Source of the DNA: Wallemia ichthyophaga EXF-994
Taxonomy: Eukaryota; Fungi; Basidiomycota
Assembly: GCF_000400465.1 (NCBI RefSeq)
Contig: NW_008806276.1
Location: 20,001 to 268,000, forward strand
Reading direction: 5' to 3'
DNA length: 248,000 bases
The stretch's first letter is position 1; every line of letters begins with the position of its first letter. Under the pieces are notes generated by a model that was not told the DNA's origin, searched no databases, and saw only the letters and a program-made list of their open reading frames with translations. The position numbers and the translations under genes were made by a program. Below are positions 145,666-160,224 of this stretch, piece by piece.

Positions 145666-147857
145666 TTGATAATGGCCCTGACTACGCCGATGACAATGAG
145701 GACTACGACGACAACGAAGATCACGGCGATCATCTCGGCGAGGATTCCGAGGTTGCTCACGATTCGGAGGCTATCCAGGGATCTCCTGCTGCAAACGACA
145801 TTCACGTCATTCCCAGTCCAGATGACATACCAGCTGCACAACCACACTCATCAAGAAGTACAAGTCTGTTAAACCAAGATATTGATAAAACAGCAGCACG
145901 TGCAGCATCCAATCCCCATGCACTAGTTATTGCCTCTCTTCGTGCGCAGATCGATGAGCTTACCAGCCAGCTCAACAGTCTCAACGCGAAGCTAGTCCAT
146001 ACTTTCGACAAATCAGACAATCTCCAGCAAGAGCTTGATGAGGCGCGGACGCTGCACCACCACCATCAACTCCGCATTACCGCGCTCGAGAAGGAGACAG
146101 CGGCTGTGAAGACGAGTCTCGACAACGGCACGCTCGTTGAGCGCGAGAATGTAATGCACGAGCTCACACATATGGTTGACTCTATCGTCACCGAAACCCA
146201 AAAAGCTACGCTAGCGCGACAAGACAAGGCAGCTATCGAGCAGGACCTCGATGATCTCAGCGCTAATCTCTTCGCAGAGGCTAACCGCATGGTTGGCGTC
146301 GAACGACTGCTCAAAGCCCAGGAAGCGGATCGACGCCGTGTAGCTGAAGAGAGGCTCGTTGAGGCTGAGGAAGCTGTCCGAGTCACCCAGCGCCAGATGA
146401 GCGAGTGGGTAGAGAGGGGTGAAAGTAGCAACGGCGCCCTCCAACCACCTGCAGCTTCCGATTCCAATCTCAAACCAACTCTTACTCCCGTTCCTACTCT
146501 CACGCACACCCATATCCCCTACCTGGAATTCATCAGCTACCTGCATACGCTGGCAAGCGCAGCCAGTGTGCGGCAGAGAGCGAGTGAGTCTCAAACTCCT
146601 TCCCAACTCCTCCCGCTCGACCTCTCACACGCCTTCCTGCGCCGACTGCTTGAAGAAGACGTTGAGCCAACGCTGCGCCTCGACCTCTCACGCGCTTTTG
146701 GCCTCCTCACACGCGGTAAGGTGCTCACAGCGGTGACAGAGGGCACGCTCGAACTAGAGCCTGCTCGCGGCGCCGAGTTTGCACCCGGAACCGAGTGTGC
146801 ATTGTCAGGTCGTGTGCTCATACCCGTGCGCGACGGCGAAGGTGGTCACAAAGGGAGCGCGTCCCAGTCCTCTTTCTTCAGCTGGAGTGGGAGCGGCAGG
146901 GGGAGCAGCCGACCTGCCTCAACGGGTGCAGGTGGAAATGCAGATGCAGGTACAGGCGAGAGCGCAATACACGTATTCAGACTCTCCGCTAGCCCCACAG
147001 CTACCCGCTATCCCGTCGATGCAGGCTGGGCGGTACCGCGGCTGCGTGCTGCGTGCGAGTTGTGGCGGTACGTGCGCGCTCTGCAGGCATCTGTCGTTAC
147101 TATGCAACCCCCATTCTGCCCACCAGCGGGATGTCAGACTAGGGAGGCGTTTGATGCATCTATAGGCAGGATGGGATTGAAGAGCGGTCGAAAAGGTGGA
147201 GATGGACTCAGTGGAGATACTAATCCTTCTCCTACTATTCCACCCCCAGCAACAGGTAGATCGTTCTGGGGTGCTTTCCAGTATGCTAGATCTACCCCAT
147301 CGGTGTCGGCTCCATCTTCCGCTTCCCCGTCCCCTCTGCACGCTGACAAGACTGAATTGCCTGATGAGACAAAGAAGGGGGTTAGGGAAACACACGATAT
147401 TGCGGGTCGTGTCGATGACCATATTGACGAGAGCAGTCGCAGCGATCATACACACACACAAGACGACACCCACCATCCTCACCTTGTCTTGTCTAACCCT
147501 CAGCAGCCACCACCGAAACCCAAGCGCGGAAGGAGAAGCAGGGGACGGAAGGGCACGGTGACAGGTGCACCTCCATCGATACCTTCTCAGCGCGACAAGG
147601 AGGACGAGGAGGGGAGTGAAAATAAGAATCAAGAGAATATTGCCAGGCAAAACTCTGACGACAAATCGGATAAAAGTGTTGACTCGAACACCACGCTCAC
147701 CCAGAACACACTAGATTTGCAACTCAGCGATACAGCAGAAAAGGAAATAGAAACAGAAACAGAAACATGGGAGATGGCTAGATGGAGACAGATAGTGGAA
147801 CTAAAGCAAAACATGTTCTGGGCGCGGGTTAATGGTGATCCAAATGCTTCGATGTAG
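145666..147857 (+). CDS. Rab GEF Sec2-like
   Basis: IEQDLDDLSANLFAEANRMV, EEDVEPTLRLD, CALSG, RLRAACELW. Confidence 0.85.
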
Positions 147858-147951
147858 AGTAGAGTCGAGTAGAGTCAAAAAGTGTATTTATTTTAATGTC
147901 ACAATGATATAATGCCATAATGCCAACGACAACGACAACGCCACAGTAAAT

Positions 147952-148902
147952 CTACACAAACAACCTGAATGGATAGATGGGCTGCTTCATTTTGAATATA
148001 TAAACGAGCACACTGAATGTGACAATGAGTATTAGTGTCCATAAGTATGCAGCAGCTCTTTGTCTGCCAGTGTTTTGTATTTTGGGAACAGAAATGGTGA
148101 GAATGACGATAGTGCTGGCTAGAAGAGCATAAATAGTGCCAATTATAACAGTCTCTGCTCTATACTGGTTGGTGACTCCATTTGCAAAGTACTGAGCGCC
148201 ATTCTTAGTCATCACCATCTGTGGAGGTTTGCGTATCTGATTCCACATGTAACCAGAAGTCATAGTGAGGATGATGATGAGAGTGAGCATACACCAGGAC
148301 CATTTGGAGAAGATGAAAGGTTTAGTCAAGGTATTCCAGTTCTTCTTTGCGAATACTGCGAGGATTGTAAGGAGGACAAGGGCAATAACCGTGCTTGTGT
148401 GGTCGACAGGGCGTTTGAAAGCGAATTTAGTGGGAGAGTGAGTGTTTAAGAAGGCAACTAAACGTTCAGCGAGGAAACCATTCCTGTTAAAGTCGTACAG
148501 ATGTCCATTGAGCTGATGTGGTGGATGATAGAAGAGAGAAGGCGCGGTATTCAAGCCTAGATCGTTAAAAGTGCGCTGACCGTCCATGAAATCGAGACTT
148601 GCAAATACGATTGAGTTCTTATTGGTTGATCTTCTCCCTTTAGCTTGTTTAGCGAGTAAATGGAATTCCGGCGCGAACTTATGACAAGGAGTGCATTTCA
148701 TACGCTCATCCATCGCCGTTAACACAACTGCCACACCAAAGTCCCTCTCAGGCGTCCTTATAAGCTCGTTGTAGCTCAAATCGTCCAATTTAACAACACC
148801 AGCTTGATTTTGGGCTAAACTATCGTATTTAGATAGTAGAGCTGATTTTGCTAGTGCTATACTGGCAATTATCAAAATTGAAATAATTTCGGGTATTTTC
148901 AT
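147952..148902 (-). CDS. Oligosaccharyltransferase Ost3/Ost6 subunit
   Basis: CTPC thioredoxin-like motif, TSGYMWNQIR, YPFRLF. Confidence 0.9.
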   Translation of the reverse strand: MKIPEIISILIIASIALAKSALLSKYDSLAQNQAGVVKLDDLSYNELIRTPERDFGVAVVLTAMDERMKCTPCHKFAPEFHLLAKQAKGRRSTNKNSIVFASLDFMDGQRTFNDLGLNTAPSLFYHPPHQLNGHLYDFNRNGFLAERLVAFLNTHSPTKFAFKRPVDHTSTVIALVLLTILAVFAKKNWNTLTKPFIFSKWSWCMLTLIIILTMTSGYMWNQIRKPPQMVMTKNGAQYFANGVTNQYRAETVIIGTIYALLASTIVILTISVPKIQNTGRQRAAAYLWTLILIVTFSVLVYIFKMKQPIYPFRLFV

Positions 148903-148942
148903 CGTGATGGTTGCTGGTCAACGTGTTATTTCAGTTACCATC

Positions 148943-149585
148943 ATGTTGGATTACGGAGATGGCGGAGATGGCAGGCGCTATGGTCGCAACAGTAGAGATG
149001 ATCGTCGCAGCGATAAAGATGAACGGCATTGGCGGGCTGAAAGGGATATTAGGGATGGCAGGAGTCGCAGAGATGTTAGAGATGCGGACAGCAGGGGCGG
149101 CAGACGCAGGAGTAGATCTCCACGGCACAGACCGACTCGCGCAGAAACCAGCCACCACAAAGTAGGCGGTTTAGATCTACGCGACGGCTCGGCAGCAGAT
149201 CGTGAGCGTATGTTGAAACAGATCCAGTCCAAGGAAGCTGAAGAAGAGCGCAAGCGGGTTGAAGAAGAGCATAGAGCCATCGAGGAGGGCGAGAGAAAGG
149301 CCAAAGACGCAGAGCAGCGGAAACCAGAGGACCAAGAGGAGGAGGACGACGACGAGGTCGATCAAGATACCCTGGCAATGCAGCAGATGATGGGTTTCGG
149401 TGGTTTCGATTCAACCAAGGTGAGCAACGAGATTCACTGACTGAATAACACTCTCTTACAAATTAAAGGGCAAAAAGGTGTCTGGAAATGAGGAGGGCGC
149501 GGCTAAAGTACACCAGCCGCGTACTTATAGACAATACATGAATCGTGTAGGCGGGTTCAATAGAGCTCTCGATAAACCCAAGTGA
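148943..149585 (+). CDS. U4/U6.U5 snRNP 27 kDa protein (DUF1777)
   Basis: [24 protein letters not shown]. Confidence 0.85.
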
Positions 149586-149599
149586 TGGAGATTATACAT

Positions 149600-150370
149600 A
149601 AGATTAATTGCACAGATTACGTCACTTTGTCAATATAGTCCTATGGAAATGCTCAAAGAGGTGCTGCTTCAATTTAGGCATGTTGGCGAATATCTTGCCG
149701 TTGTGGTGCGATTTTAGTGGGCTCTTTAACAGCTCTTGTTTGGCTCGGAGGGATTGTCGTAGTTGCTATGGCACCTGTTAGTTAGACTAGGTGCGTGTAC
149801 ACACTCACATCTTTTTTGCCTTCTTCGACAGCTTCAGTGACTTGGCCAAAGTCCACAAAGAAGCCTGTCGTGAATGAGTTGTAGTGTTTCTTGTTCTTCA
149901 ATCTATCTGACACCAAATCATTGCTAAAGACGTGCAAGTGGATGCTGTCCATCGATGGTACAGCGTGGAATCCTCTTCTGATTCCCCAGTGCGTTCCATA
150001 CTCACGCAGTTGTTCCTCTCGTATCGTTTCTTCTACGTCATTGTCGAACGCATCGAGCACTGCGTTGATCACGTCGTCAGGCTGCGAAAGAAGATGGTCA
150101 AGGGATCTGATGTTAAACGGCTGCCTGAGGAGAATGAGAAAGTGGTACTTGGCCTGCGATTGAGGTGAACAAGAGCGCGGATAGTGATTTGCTGAGTCAC
150201 CCACCTTTGGAAATCTGCTCTATTCATAAGCCACGTAAAGAAACCAAATGATTGGACACCCACTTATCATGAATAGTCACAGTCTTGTCGTCATACAAGA
150301 GTACCTCTGATTTGGGCAGAGACTCTGGGTCTTTGAGTGTATACTGCTTAAGCGCAAATGCAAATGACAT
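149600..150370 (-). CDS. HNT3: Aprataxin-like HIT protein
   Basis: KYHFLILLR, GFHAVPSM, LHLHV, KNKKHYNSF. Confidence 0.85.
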
Positions 150371-150516
150371 AGTTGAATAGACACGAGGTAATCACCAAAT
150401 CACACCACACCACTCTCACCACACAATTCAACTTTGAATGGTGATGGAAAGTGTAAAATTTGAAAGAATCAGCACCAAGCGCCCTTCATGTTATAAAAAG
150501 CTTTAAATAGACACAA

Positions 150517-151220
150517 TTAGTAACCGAACTCAGCGAGCTTAGCGTTTTGTGGAGCATCCTTGAAAGCGTTTGCACGGAGCTTGGTAGCAGCAGCCTTACG
150601 TTCGTGGTAAGCAGCACCCTTAGCCTGTGAGTGGGAATGAGTGGGTAGTTCAAATGATCAAAATAACCAATCAAACTAACCTTACGCTTAGCCTCGAGCT
150701 TGTCGACGACTTCAGCGTGTGCCCAACCGAATTCTGAGGACAAACGCTTGAGGGTACAGTACTTACGGCCTGGCTTGAGACGCAAGACACGAAGAGCTTG
150801 AGGAACAACCATTTTCTTCTTTGATTGGTAAAGTGGTGGGACACCCTCAAACACCTTGATACGTTGCATAGCAGCAGCACCCTTTGCGAGCTTGTGAGGA
150901 ATCATACCACGAACACTCTTCAAGAAGATACGGGAAGGAGCTCTGTGGTGGAATGGACCACCCTTGGAAGGCTTAACCAAGTGACGAAGACGCATGAACT
151001 TCATGTAGTCCAACTTCCTACGGAAGAAGCCACCAGACAGGTTGAGCTCCTCACAACGGACAACGACGACCTTGTTGCCGTTGAGCATGTGCTTAGCGAC
151101 GACACTGGCGAGTCTACCTGAGAAGCCTGGTGAGTCGTTTGGCCGCGGTTATTTAGCTTTCTCACCCATGAGGTGTCCCTTAGCGTCAATAATGACTGGT
151201 GCTGCTGTGTAAGTGGACAT
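150517..151220 (-). CDS. RPL16: 60S ribosomal protein uL13
   Basis: [34 protein letters not shown]. Confidence 0.95.
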
Positions 151221-151659
151221 GGTTAGTGATGGATGCTCCAGGACAAGTTTGTAATTTTGCGAGCGAGTTTCTCAGATTTACGTGAAAAATAAAGATTTAT
151301 TCATATAAATATATGGCAGCGCTTTAAATACTCGGCTCACTCTCTTCTCCTTATACATGTAATTATTATTCCATTTTCATTGATCCTCGTATGCAGATTT
151401 GATTTGAGCTGGTTTGTGAATGGAATTTAGAGTTATGAAGAGATGATTAGTATTGTAGCACTCCTGAGATTACAATGAGTATACTTGTATACTTGTTATA
151501 CACTTTTTAGCCATTTTTGGTTGATGTGATCTTACGAAGAGTGAGCATCTTACACTGAATTTCTACCGCGAGTATATCTGATATACAAGCTCACCACTGA
151601 TTTACTCAATAATCCGCACATTTCCCTTCTTCTCGAACGACCATCATCTTCTTCAATAG

Positions 151660-153640
151660 ATGAGGGCGTTGCTACGGCCTTTAAGAGTGCATAGTGTGCT
151701 GCAAGTGAACAGGAGCTACCATATGACACAGAATCACATTAAATTATTAAAAAGATCATTCACGACGCAACGACCACTCTACGAGCAGCCCAAACGAAGC
151801 GATGAGAATGATCAATGGACACAGCACACACAGCATACGCAGCACACTCAAAACACCCAAAACACCCATGATAACAGGAAATACTCCCCTTTCTTTAGAT
151901 CACTGATGCACAATCTACCACACCCCCACACGCCGACAAAAGAAGAACTCCTCGGCTTGGCTAATGGCTTCTTCGAGAGACTACGCATACGCTGGAAATG
152001 GTGGACAATTAGAGGTTTCAGAAAGTTCAATGCAGACGACGTCAGCGCTTTCATTAGCTGGCTACTCGTCGGACACATATTTTGGATTTTGATTGGTACA
152101 ACGACTTTCTTCTCTGCTATCTTTGCCACTGCAAATAGTCTAAGATTGCAGAATTACATCGCAGGTGCTATTTCTGATTATCTCACTCAAGCTACTGGTG
152201 TGAGTGTACTTTATCCACCCATTACCACACCCCACTAATAATAAATTCAGGTTACTGTCGCTTTTGAGAGTGCTATTTTACCCAAATGGAAAGACAGCCG
152301 GATATCCTTTAAAAATGTTCATGTTTCTAGGCATTCTGGTGGAGAAACTCTACCGCCCGTTCAGCCAGATAGTGCGGCGGTGCGGCGAAAGATTATCTGG
152401 GATGATCACGCACACGTACACGACGAAGATCACGATCTCACATTAAAAATTGCACCACCACCTCCTCAAGAGACTTGGACTATGTTTGATATCAATCTCG
152501 ATTCTGTGGATGTTGAACTATCACTATGGCGGTGGTTGGATGGGAAGGGATTGGTGAAGGACGCCTCAATAAAAGGTATTCGTGGTGTCTTAGATCGAAG
152601 GGGTGTAAAATGGGACTATGACAATCCACTCGATCCAAAGGATTTTAGGCACCCTCATCATCCAGGAGACTTTGAACTTGAATCACTCACTATTGAAGAT
152701 TTACTGATTACAGTGTACCAACCAGAAGATTTCAGACCTTATAATATGAGTATATTTAGAGGAGAGATAGGAACATTCAGGAAACAGTGGTTATTCCACG
152801 ACTTGCTAGCTGCATATGCAATGACTGGTCAGTTTGACAATTCGCTTTTCAGTTTGCATAAACCACAATCGATAACACGCACACACAACGCCGATGTTGA
152901 TAGAGTGACGAGATTTAGAATAGATGGTGTTGCAGTGGATCATCTTCAGGCAGCGGCGGGAATGACAGGACCAACAGCCTGGATAACTCACGGAAAGATG
153001 GACGCTGTAGTTGATATCACCTTCCCATTCCAGCAGGATGAAGATCTATTCGATGCGATAATGGAGAGTATAAATAATCTAAATTCGGCCGTGCAAGATG
153101 GAGATAGTAGAATACCTGGACAAGCACAACTTACTAGACCAGCACTCAAGTCACCCGACCAGACTGAACAGCAGGATGAACCGGCGTTGAGTAAGGAGAG
153201 GGTAGCTGTTGATATAGATTTGAGGTTCAGGGATGTCAAAGCTAGTGTGCCATACTACACAAGTGATTTAACATATACAAACAATGCACTAGTGCGGCCA
153301 ATAGTTGCATTCATAAACTCAAACCGCACACTCATACCAATATTGTCACATGTCGAGTTGCTAATTGATGAGTTTGATGGGAGTTGGACTATGTGGGAGA
153401 GTGAGTTGGAGTATAAACGTTGGAGATTTCTGAATAGAATTGCTAACATAATCAATCATAGCTGGACTGATGAGCGCAGTAAGTGATCGTATATACGACG
153501 CACTCGCGCATCACGTCACATCGACAGAAGCGAATAACCAGCGAGTCAAGTATGTAACGTTGTGGAGTCTACAATTATCGGCGAAAGGAGCAATACAAAC
153601 GCTGAAGAATATCTTAGGACAATCGAAAGCATTGTTGTAG
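151660..153640 (+). CDS. MDM31: Mitochondrial inner-membrane protein Mdm31/32
   Basis: RWKWWTIRGFRKFNADD, WLDGKGLVK, GQFDNSLFSLH. Confidence 0.9.
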
Positions 153641-153838
153641 CACTATTCATGTAATCATAGTCTTACGATGAGTTATGGAGCGAGGAGGGGAAAAAGAGGT
153701 TGAAATGAATGTAATATAGAACACTAATAACAGCCATACAAATCCCTCTTTGCGTCGCTCAAAAAATATTTTTTTTCGACAGAAAATATTCTCATTCAAA
153801 CGAAGGGAGGACAGCTTCCAGCTTAACAGCCAGCGACC

Positions 153839-154641
153839 ATGTCTGCAGTGAACCGCCAAGTCAGCAAGTGAGTGAGCTATTCAAACATCAGGGAATCTAA
153901 TTAACGATAAACTCAAAAAGATCCCGTAAGATCGTCCAAGACGGTGTTTTCCAAGCTGAATTGAGTGAATTCTTCACCCGTGAACTCAGTGAGGAAGGAT
154001 TCTCCGGATGTGAAGTACGTGTTACCCACGCTCGTACTGAGATTATCATCCGTGCCACCCACACACAAGAAGTTCTCGGTGAAAAGGGTCGCAGAATCCG
154101 TGAATTGACTGCACTCGTCCAAAAGAGATTCAAATTCCCTGAGAACTCTTTGGAATTATACGCTGAGAAGGTGCAAAACAGAGGTCTCTCAGCTGTCGCT
154201 CAATGTGAATCTTTGAGATACAAGCTCCTTGGTGGTCTCGCTGTTCGTCGTGCCTGTTACGGTGTTGTTAGATTCATCATGGAATCTGGTGCTAAGGGTT
154301 GCGAAGTCGTCGTCTCCGGTAAGCTTAGAGCTGCTAGAGCCAAAGCTATGAAGTTCACGGATGGTTTCATGATCCACTCTGGTCAACCTGTTAGAGACTT
154401 TGTCGATTACGCTGTTAGACACGTTCTCCTCAAGCAAGGTGTTTTGGGTCTCAAGGTTAAGATCATGAGACCACACGACCCAGAAGGCAGAGCTGGTTTC
154501 CCTAAGCCATTGCCTGACTCTGTCGTCATCGTCGAGCCAAAGGAGGAGCAACCAGTACAAGTTGTTTCTGAGAACAAGGCTAAGCCAAACGTTGAGTCAG
154601 CTTCTGCACCTGCTCAACAACAACAAGCTCAACAAGCTTAA
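153839..154641 (+). CDS. RPS3: 40S ribosomal protein uS3
   Basis: [31 protein letters not shown]. Confidence 0.96.
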
Positions 154642-154771
154642 CCTTTGTTCAAAAATACTTGTATTTCATTCACATAAGCTTATTTCATGACGGCGTGAGT
154701 GAAATTGAATTATCTGGTATGCTTTGTGTTTTCAATGTGTTTTCAATGTCTTCTCCTTTGGCTATACCACC

Positions 154772-156316
154772 ATGTCACTCACTGCTTTTGTTAACTTCCC
154801 CTCGGAATACACGCAAGCTGCTGTGATTAGAGGATTCAAGAAATATCTACCGGATGTTCTTCTTATTACAGATAAGCCTACGGAGAAGTTACAGATACAG
154901 TATGCAGATTGTATGTGTGGTAGTCGTCGATCTTCGCCGTAGCACACACTCACATCAAACAATCCAGACGACTTGATTGAATTCGATTGGCTGATGCAAG
155001 ATACAAGTAACTGTATTGGTTCTAGTTATTGTTTCCGCAAAGTCCGTTACCTGCTCAACTATGCATACACCCACTCATCCCCGCAAATCAGGCTCTTACG
155101 CGTAAAAACTTTCTTCATCAAACTATCGAGGCTTACTTGGCTAAGATGGAGCATAGACTGTCTGTAAATGCCGTCGATCGTTCCGAAGAAGCCAATGTGG
155201 ATTTATTGCGCAATGCGATGCCAAAATGCTGGACAATAGATGTCGCTCATTCGGAGGATCTTGATGAGGTGCTAATGGATGAGCTCTACGATCTTCGTGA
155301 AAAGTTGTCCCAAGAGGGCGATCATTGGTTCATTCTCAAGCCTGCAATGTAAGCAATCATTAATTCGCCTATTGTGATATTCAATTCTCACACAACTCTC
155401 AAGGGCTGATCGTGCCAATGGTATCAGGCTCTTCAACAGTGAAGACAGTCTTCGTGAAATTTTTGCAGAATTCGATAGTGATTCAGAAGATGAAGGGGAA
155501 GATGAAGATGACGATAACCACTCAGATGAATACTCTACTGCTGTGTCTACATCGCAGCTCAGACATTTCGTTATACAGGTGATTTTAATCAATCACTCTC
155601 TTCTGCTCACGCTGACTATCGACAAGGAATACTTATCGAACCCACTTCTAATAGATCCAACGGGAAACCAGCAGTCATTCCACAAGTTCCACTTGAGAGC
155701 TTATGTTTTGTGTGTCGTAGGTGATAATTTTGAACAAGTTGTGTCAGGTCGTTTTAACTTGAAAGTACTACAGGGAAGCATAAAAGTGTACATGCCAAAG
155801 TCTATCCTAGCATTATTTGCATCTCAGTCTTACAAAAATCCAGATGAAGATCAAAGCCTATTATCTCACCTCACAAACTCATGCTTACAGGGCTCGAATA
155901 TGGATAGGGATAAATTTGTGAAATCACTGCAAGAGCTAGAGGGGTGTTATACTAATAGTGGTACGCAAATTACGTCTGATCAGATAAACAGGTGGTTGGA
156001 TAGTGCATCCAAGGTAATCGGTCAGGCTGTCAAAGGTGCTGTTGAGTCTGCGTCAGTACACTTCCAGCCTCTGCCTAATGCATTTGAGATATACGGAGTT
156101 GATTTGTTGGTCACAGATAAGGATGAGGTCAAGCTGCTGGAATTCAACGGATGTCCTGATTTCGGACAGACTGGTGATAGGTTGGCATGGATAGTGGATT
156201 ATGTTGTTGATGCGTCGTTCGAGAGTGCTCTACTGGAACTTCTCGGTCGACAATCGGCGCATGATCATCAGGAAACTGTCAAATGTCTAGATTTTGAGTT
156301 TAAGAGAGGCTGGTGA
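154772..156316 (+). CDS. Tubulin-tyrosine-ligase family ATP-grasp protein (Pby1-like)
   Basis: WFILKPAM, KFHLRAYV, FEIYGVD, LLEFNGCPDF. Confidence 0.8.
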
Positions 156317-156583
156317 AAGTTGTAAAGACCAAATACATATCATAAACTATCAAATTGATTCAATTATCGGCGAAGATAGCTCAGACATTACAGAAGACAG
156401 CGAGGAGAAGGAGGACGGTGTAAAAGGAATAGAATATCCCGTATACTTCAAGACTTATTAAATTAATTCAAAAAGCGTCTGTAAAAATTAAAATTTGTAA
156501 AGTAAATTTTGGCCGCTGTTCCCATGGGCTCACTAGTTGTTGCTCACTTAAGTCTAAAGCTTAACACGTAAAAATATTGAAAA

Positions 156584-157622
156584 TGTTGGTAATTTTATTA
156601 AATAATTGGAACTCCCGGTGCTTATTTATCTAATTTAAAGGTCTGGAGGTGTTCGCTCTGTCAACCCATTCGCTCTTCTTTGTACGGATTTTCGTAGTCG
156701 AGGAATACCCATCTAACAAATACATACAGCAGAAGACGGTGACGCTCCACGTGCTTCAGCTCCTGCTCCAGCACCTGCAGCTGCCCCAGCACCAGCACCT
156801 GCTCAACAGCAAAAGCCACGTACTCAACAGAAGCCACGCACTCAAAAGGGTGGTAAGGACTCTGGCAGAGAAGACAATGAGCCATCAGAGCGTGGTATGT
156901 TTGGCATATTACTATAAAGCATAACACTCACAAAGCTTTCAGCCCCTCGTGGTGAGCGTGGTGCTAAGCGTACCCGTCCAGCCAAGACCCCAGGTAACGC
157001 AGGTGGTCAACGTAAAGGCCGCCAATTCGACCGTCAATCACAAACTGGTCGTACTGACTCCCAGAAGCAAAAGTCTTCTTGGGGTGGTGAAGACGGTCAA
157101 AAGGAGCTCGCAACTGAAGAAGCTGGCAAAAAGGATGCCACTACTGAAGGTGCTGAGACTGTTCCAGGCACTCCTGCTGAACCAAAGGAGCCAGAAGACT
157201 CAACCAAGACTTTAGACGAGTACCTCGCTGAGCGTGCTTCAAAGAAGCTTGACATTGGTGCTCCTCAAGTTCGTAAAGCCAACGAAGGCTCAGACACTGT
157301 CACCGGCGTTCAACTTCTCCGTAACTCAAACGAGGAAGAAAACTACTTTGTTGCTCCAAAGACTCAACCAAAGGAGCCAAAGGCAAAGTCACAAAAGTCT
157401 GGCAAGGTTCACATCGAGATTGATGGTCAATTCGCTAAGGCTGAGTCCGAGCGTAGACCAAGAAACACAAACGGTAGAGGTCCTCCTCGCGGTAAAGGCC
157501 GTGGTCCTGCACCTGCTGCTGCTGGCAAGCCTCGTGGTGGTCCAAAGGGTGGTAACCGTCAAAACGCTGCTGGTGCTAACGTCAACCTTAACGACGAGAA
157601 GGCTTTCCCAACTCTTGCTTAA
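156584..157622 (+). CDS. STM1: Stm1/SERBP1-like ribosome-binding protein
   Basis: SVNPFALL, RQFDRQSQTGR, TLDEYLAE, DEKAFPTL. Confidence 0.8.
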
Positions 157623-157836
157623 GTTGATTTTAAAGTTTTCAAACTGGTCTTAAAGAGGTGTTTTCTCATATTTTGAGATGGTTTCTGTTCTTTATTAGCC
157701 CTAAATTCATTTCCATTCCTTACTCTGATTATTTTTGTGTCGTTTAATCAAGTTGTTTGCGTCGTGAATTATATAAGCTGTCATGTCCTCAAGGCTCCTA
157801 TAATATGATTCGATTCTATATGCTTATTTTACATGT

Positions 157837-158268
157837 CTATTCCTCCACCATTTCATATAGTACATGAATACGTTCACTGCATCCACTACAACCCAATAAC
157901 TCTGATCCACGCTCCAGATCATCTGCCGTAACAATATACTCATTTCCACATCTACACGGCAAGCTGAATGTCTCCTCATCCTCACTAACATCAAACTGAT
158001 CAAGCGATACCTGCGGATAAATCCTATTTACCACTGAATTCTCATCTTTATTTAATTTCTCATCATATTCTATCTTTTGCTGCTCATCTGATAGGCATTC
158101 GTATGCTTTATAAAGCTGTATGACTTGCTCATTCGATCCGCTGCGATCAGGATGTAACGACTTGACTTTGTGCAAATAACTCGATCGTATATCTGCCTGA
158201 GTCGCTTGCTTGCTTACTTCTAAAACCTCATAATAGGTTTGCACCATCGGTGATGCTGAGGAAGACAT
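157837..158268 (-). CDS. DPH4: Diphthamide J-protein Dph4
   Basis: J-domain HPD plus CSL zinc finger PCRCG...CSGCS. Confidence 0.88.
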   Translation of the reverse strand: MSSSASPMVQTYYEVLEVSKQATQADIRSSYLHKVKSLHPDRSGSNEQVIQLYKAYECLSDEQQKIEYDEKLNKDENSVVNRIYPQVSLDQFDVSEDEETFSLPCRCGNEYIVTADDLERGSELLGCSGCSERIHVLYEMVEE

Positions 158269-158292
158269 CAGCGGTCTTCTGCGGAAACAACG

Positions 158293-159704
158293 ATGGCTGC
158301 ATTTCAGCTACACAACAAGCAAAACAATTCAAACATCACTATCACTCCCGATGATAAAGGCCTATCAATATCCTCTCCTGAGGCATCCACTTTCCACGTT
158401 GATTACTGGAAAGTTGTCAATTGCTATATAGACGATGAGAAGGTCATATATCTTTCTGTTTTGTTGTCTGAACACAATAACGAACTAGTCGACTTTTACG
158501 GCATTGCAAACGACCTTGATCAAGGAAATGAAACGCTCATTCAAGACATACGCTCGAAATCCAAACTGAAAAGTGCACGCCGTTTGAAAGCACTCGTTAA
158601 TCCAGTAGGGGGTACAGGCAAAGCTGTCGACTATTATGTTGAGACAGTCGCACCAATTCTGAAGACCTCAGGCTGTATTGTTGACATGCAAGGTAAGTTT
158701 TGGGATTGCACACTCAACCAATACTTATCCAACAAACACAAGTCCTCGAATACAAAAGACATGCCTTCGATATAGCTAAGGCATTAGAGCTAGAATACGA
158801 TGCAGTTGTTTGCGTGAGCGGAGATGGAATACTGCATGAAGTCCTAAACGGTTTCTTACATCATCAAACACCCTCAGAAGCGTTCAAGATGCCGCTTTGT
158901 CCTGTCCCTGGTGGATCTGGAAACGGCATCAGCGTTTGTGTCTTGGGAGCTGAAGATGGTCTTGACTTGAGCATCGCTGCGCTCAATGCTGCAAAAGGCG
159001 ACGCAATCCCGCTCGATCTCTTCTCCATATGGCAGGATGGTAAACGCACACTCTCTTACCTCACACAAGCGGCCGGTTTGATGGCAAGCATAGACATAGG
159101 CACCGAAAATCTGAGATGGATGGGCGATACACGGTTCACTGTGGGGTATCTCCGCTCACTCTTTTGGAATGCACCATGTCCCTGCGAGATCTACATAAAG
159201 GTCAAAGAAGACAACAAGGACGAAATGATCAAACTTTTACACGAGAAAAGGCTGGAAAAGCCTTTCTCACTGCCTGAATACACCCAAATCCCTCCTGTCA
159301 CCTATAAAAATGGACCTCAACAAGACTGGATCAAGATAAGCGATGATGTGTTTTATCTCTACGCTGGTCAGGTACCTTGGGTTAGCAAGGACTTGAAGCA
159401 ATTTCCCGTTTCCATGCCAAACGACGGCTTTATAGATGTTGCCGTTCAGCTAAATGTCTCACGTATGCACAAATTGAAGGCTATGGATGGCGCCGAGCAT
159501 GGTGCTATGTTCTTCGACGATTCATTAAAGTACTACAAAGCAAAGGCATACCACTTTAACCCTCTAGATAACTCAGGCTACCTGGCTGCAGATGGTGAGC
159601 AAATACCTTTGCTGCCATTTACTGTTGAGGTTTTGCCATCGCTTGGACGTCTTATTTCTCCATTTACTTCTTGGAATAACAGCTTTCAAGAGGATAATTT
159701 GTAA
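158293..159704 (+). CDS. Sphingoid long-chain base kinase, paralog 1
   Basis: LVNPVGGTG, SGDGILHEVLNG, PGGSGNG. Confidence 0.9.
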
Positions 159705-160224
159705 TCTATTGATAAATCTTAAGTTGGTCGTGCAGATAGTGAAATTTTCGGTGTCTTGAATACATCAGACTTAAGTCAACATGCATTTTGTGCTCACAGA
159801 GTCGTTATGTTTGCCTCAGTAAAGATTAACTTGCATCAACAATATTATAATTCTCACTTGAACAAACTACTCTCAAAGGTGGACACAACGAAAGCAATTA
159901 TTACGACGAAACACTAAAATACAGCTTGATCACAATTGCCTTTATCATAGATTATGATACCCTGCTATGGAATGATATCACCGGAAACAGGGATATTTAA
160001 GCTGTCAAAATTAGTTTCTTCTATTTATGAATTATGTACTATAATAGTAAAACTTGTGTACAATTGTGAAACAATCTTATCAGCTACCAGGAATGTCTGA
160101 AATGCCAAGCGAGCACGCCAAAGGCAAGAAAACCCTTTAAAGGTGACGGCTATTGAAAGTTAAGAAATTGAAGCTATCAAAAGCCATTAAATATTTCAAT
160201 GGCTTTAAATAGGTTAAATATCCT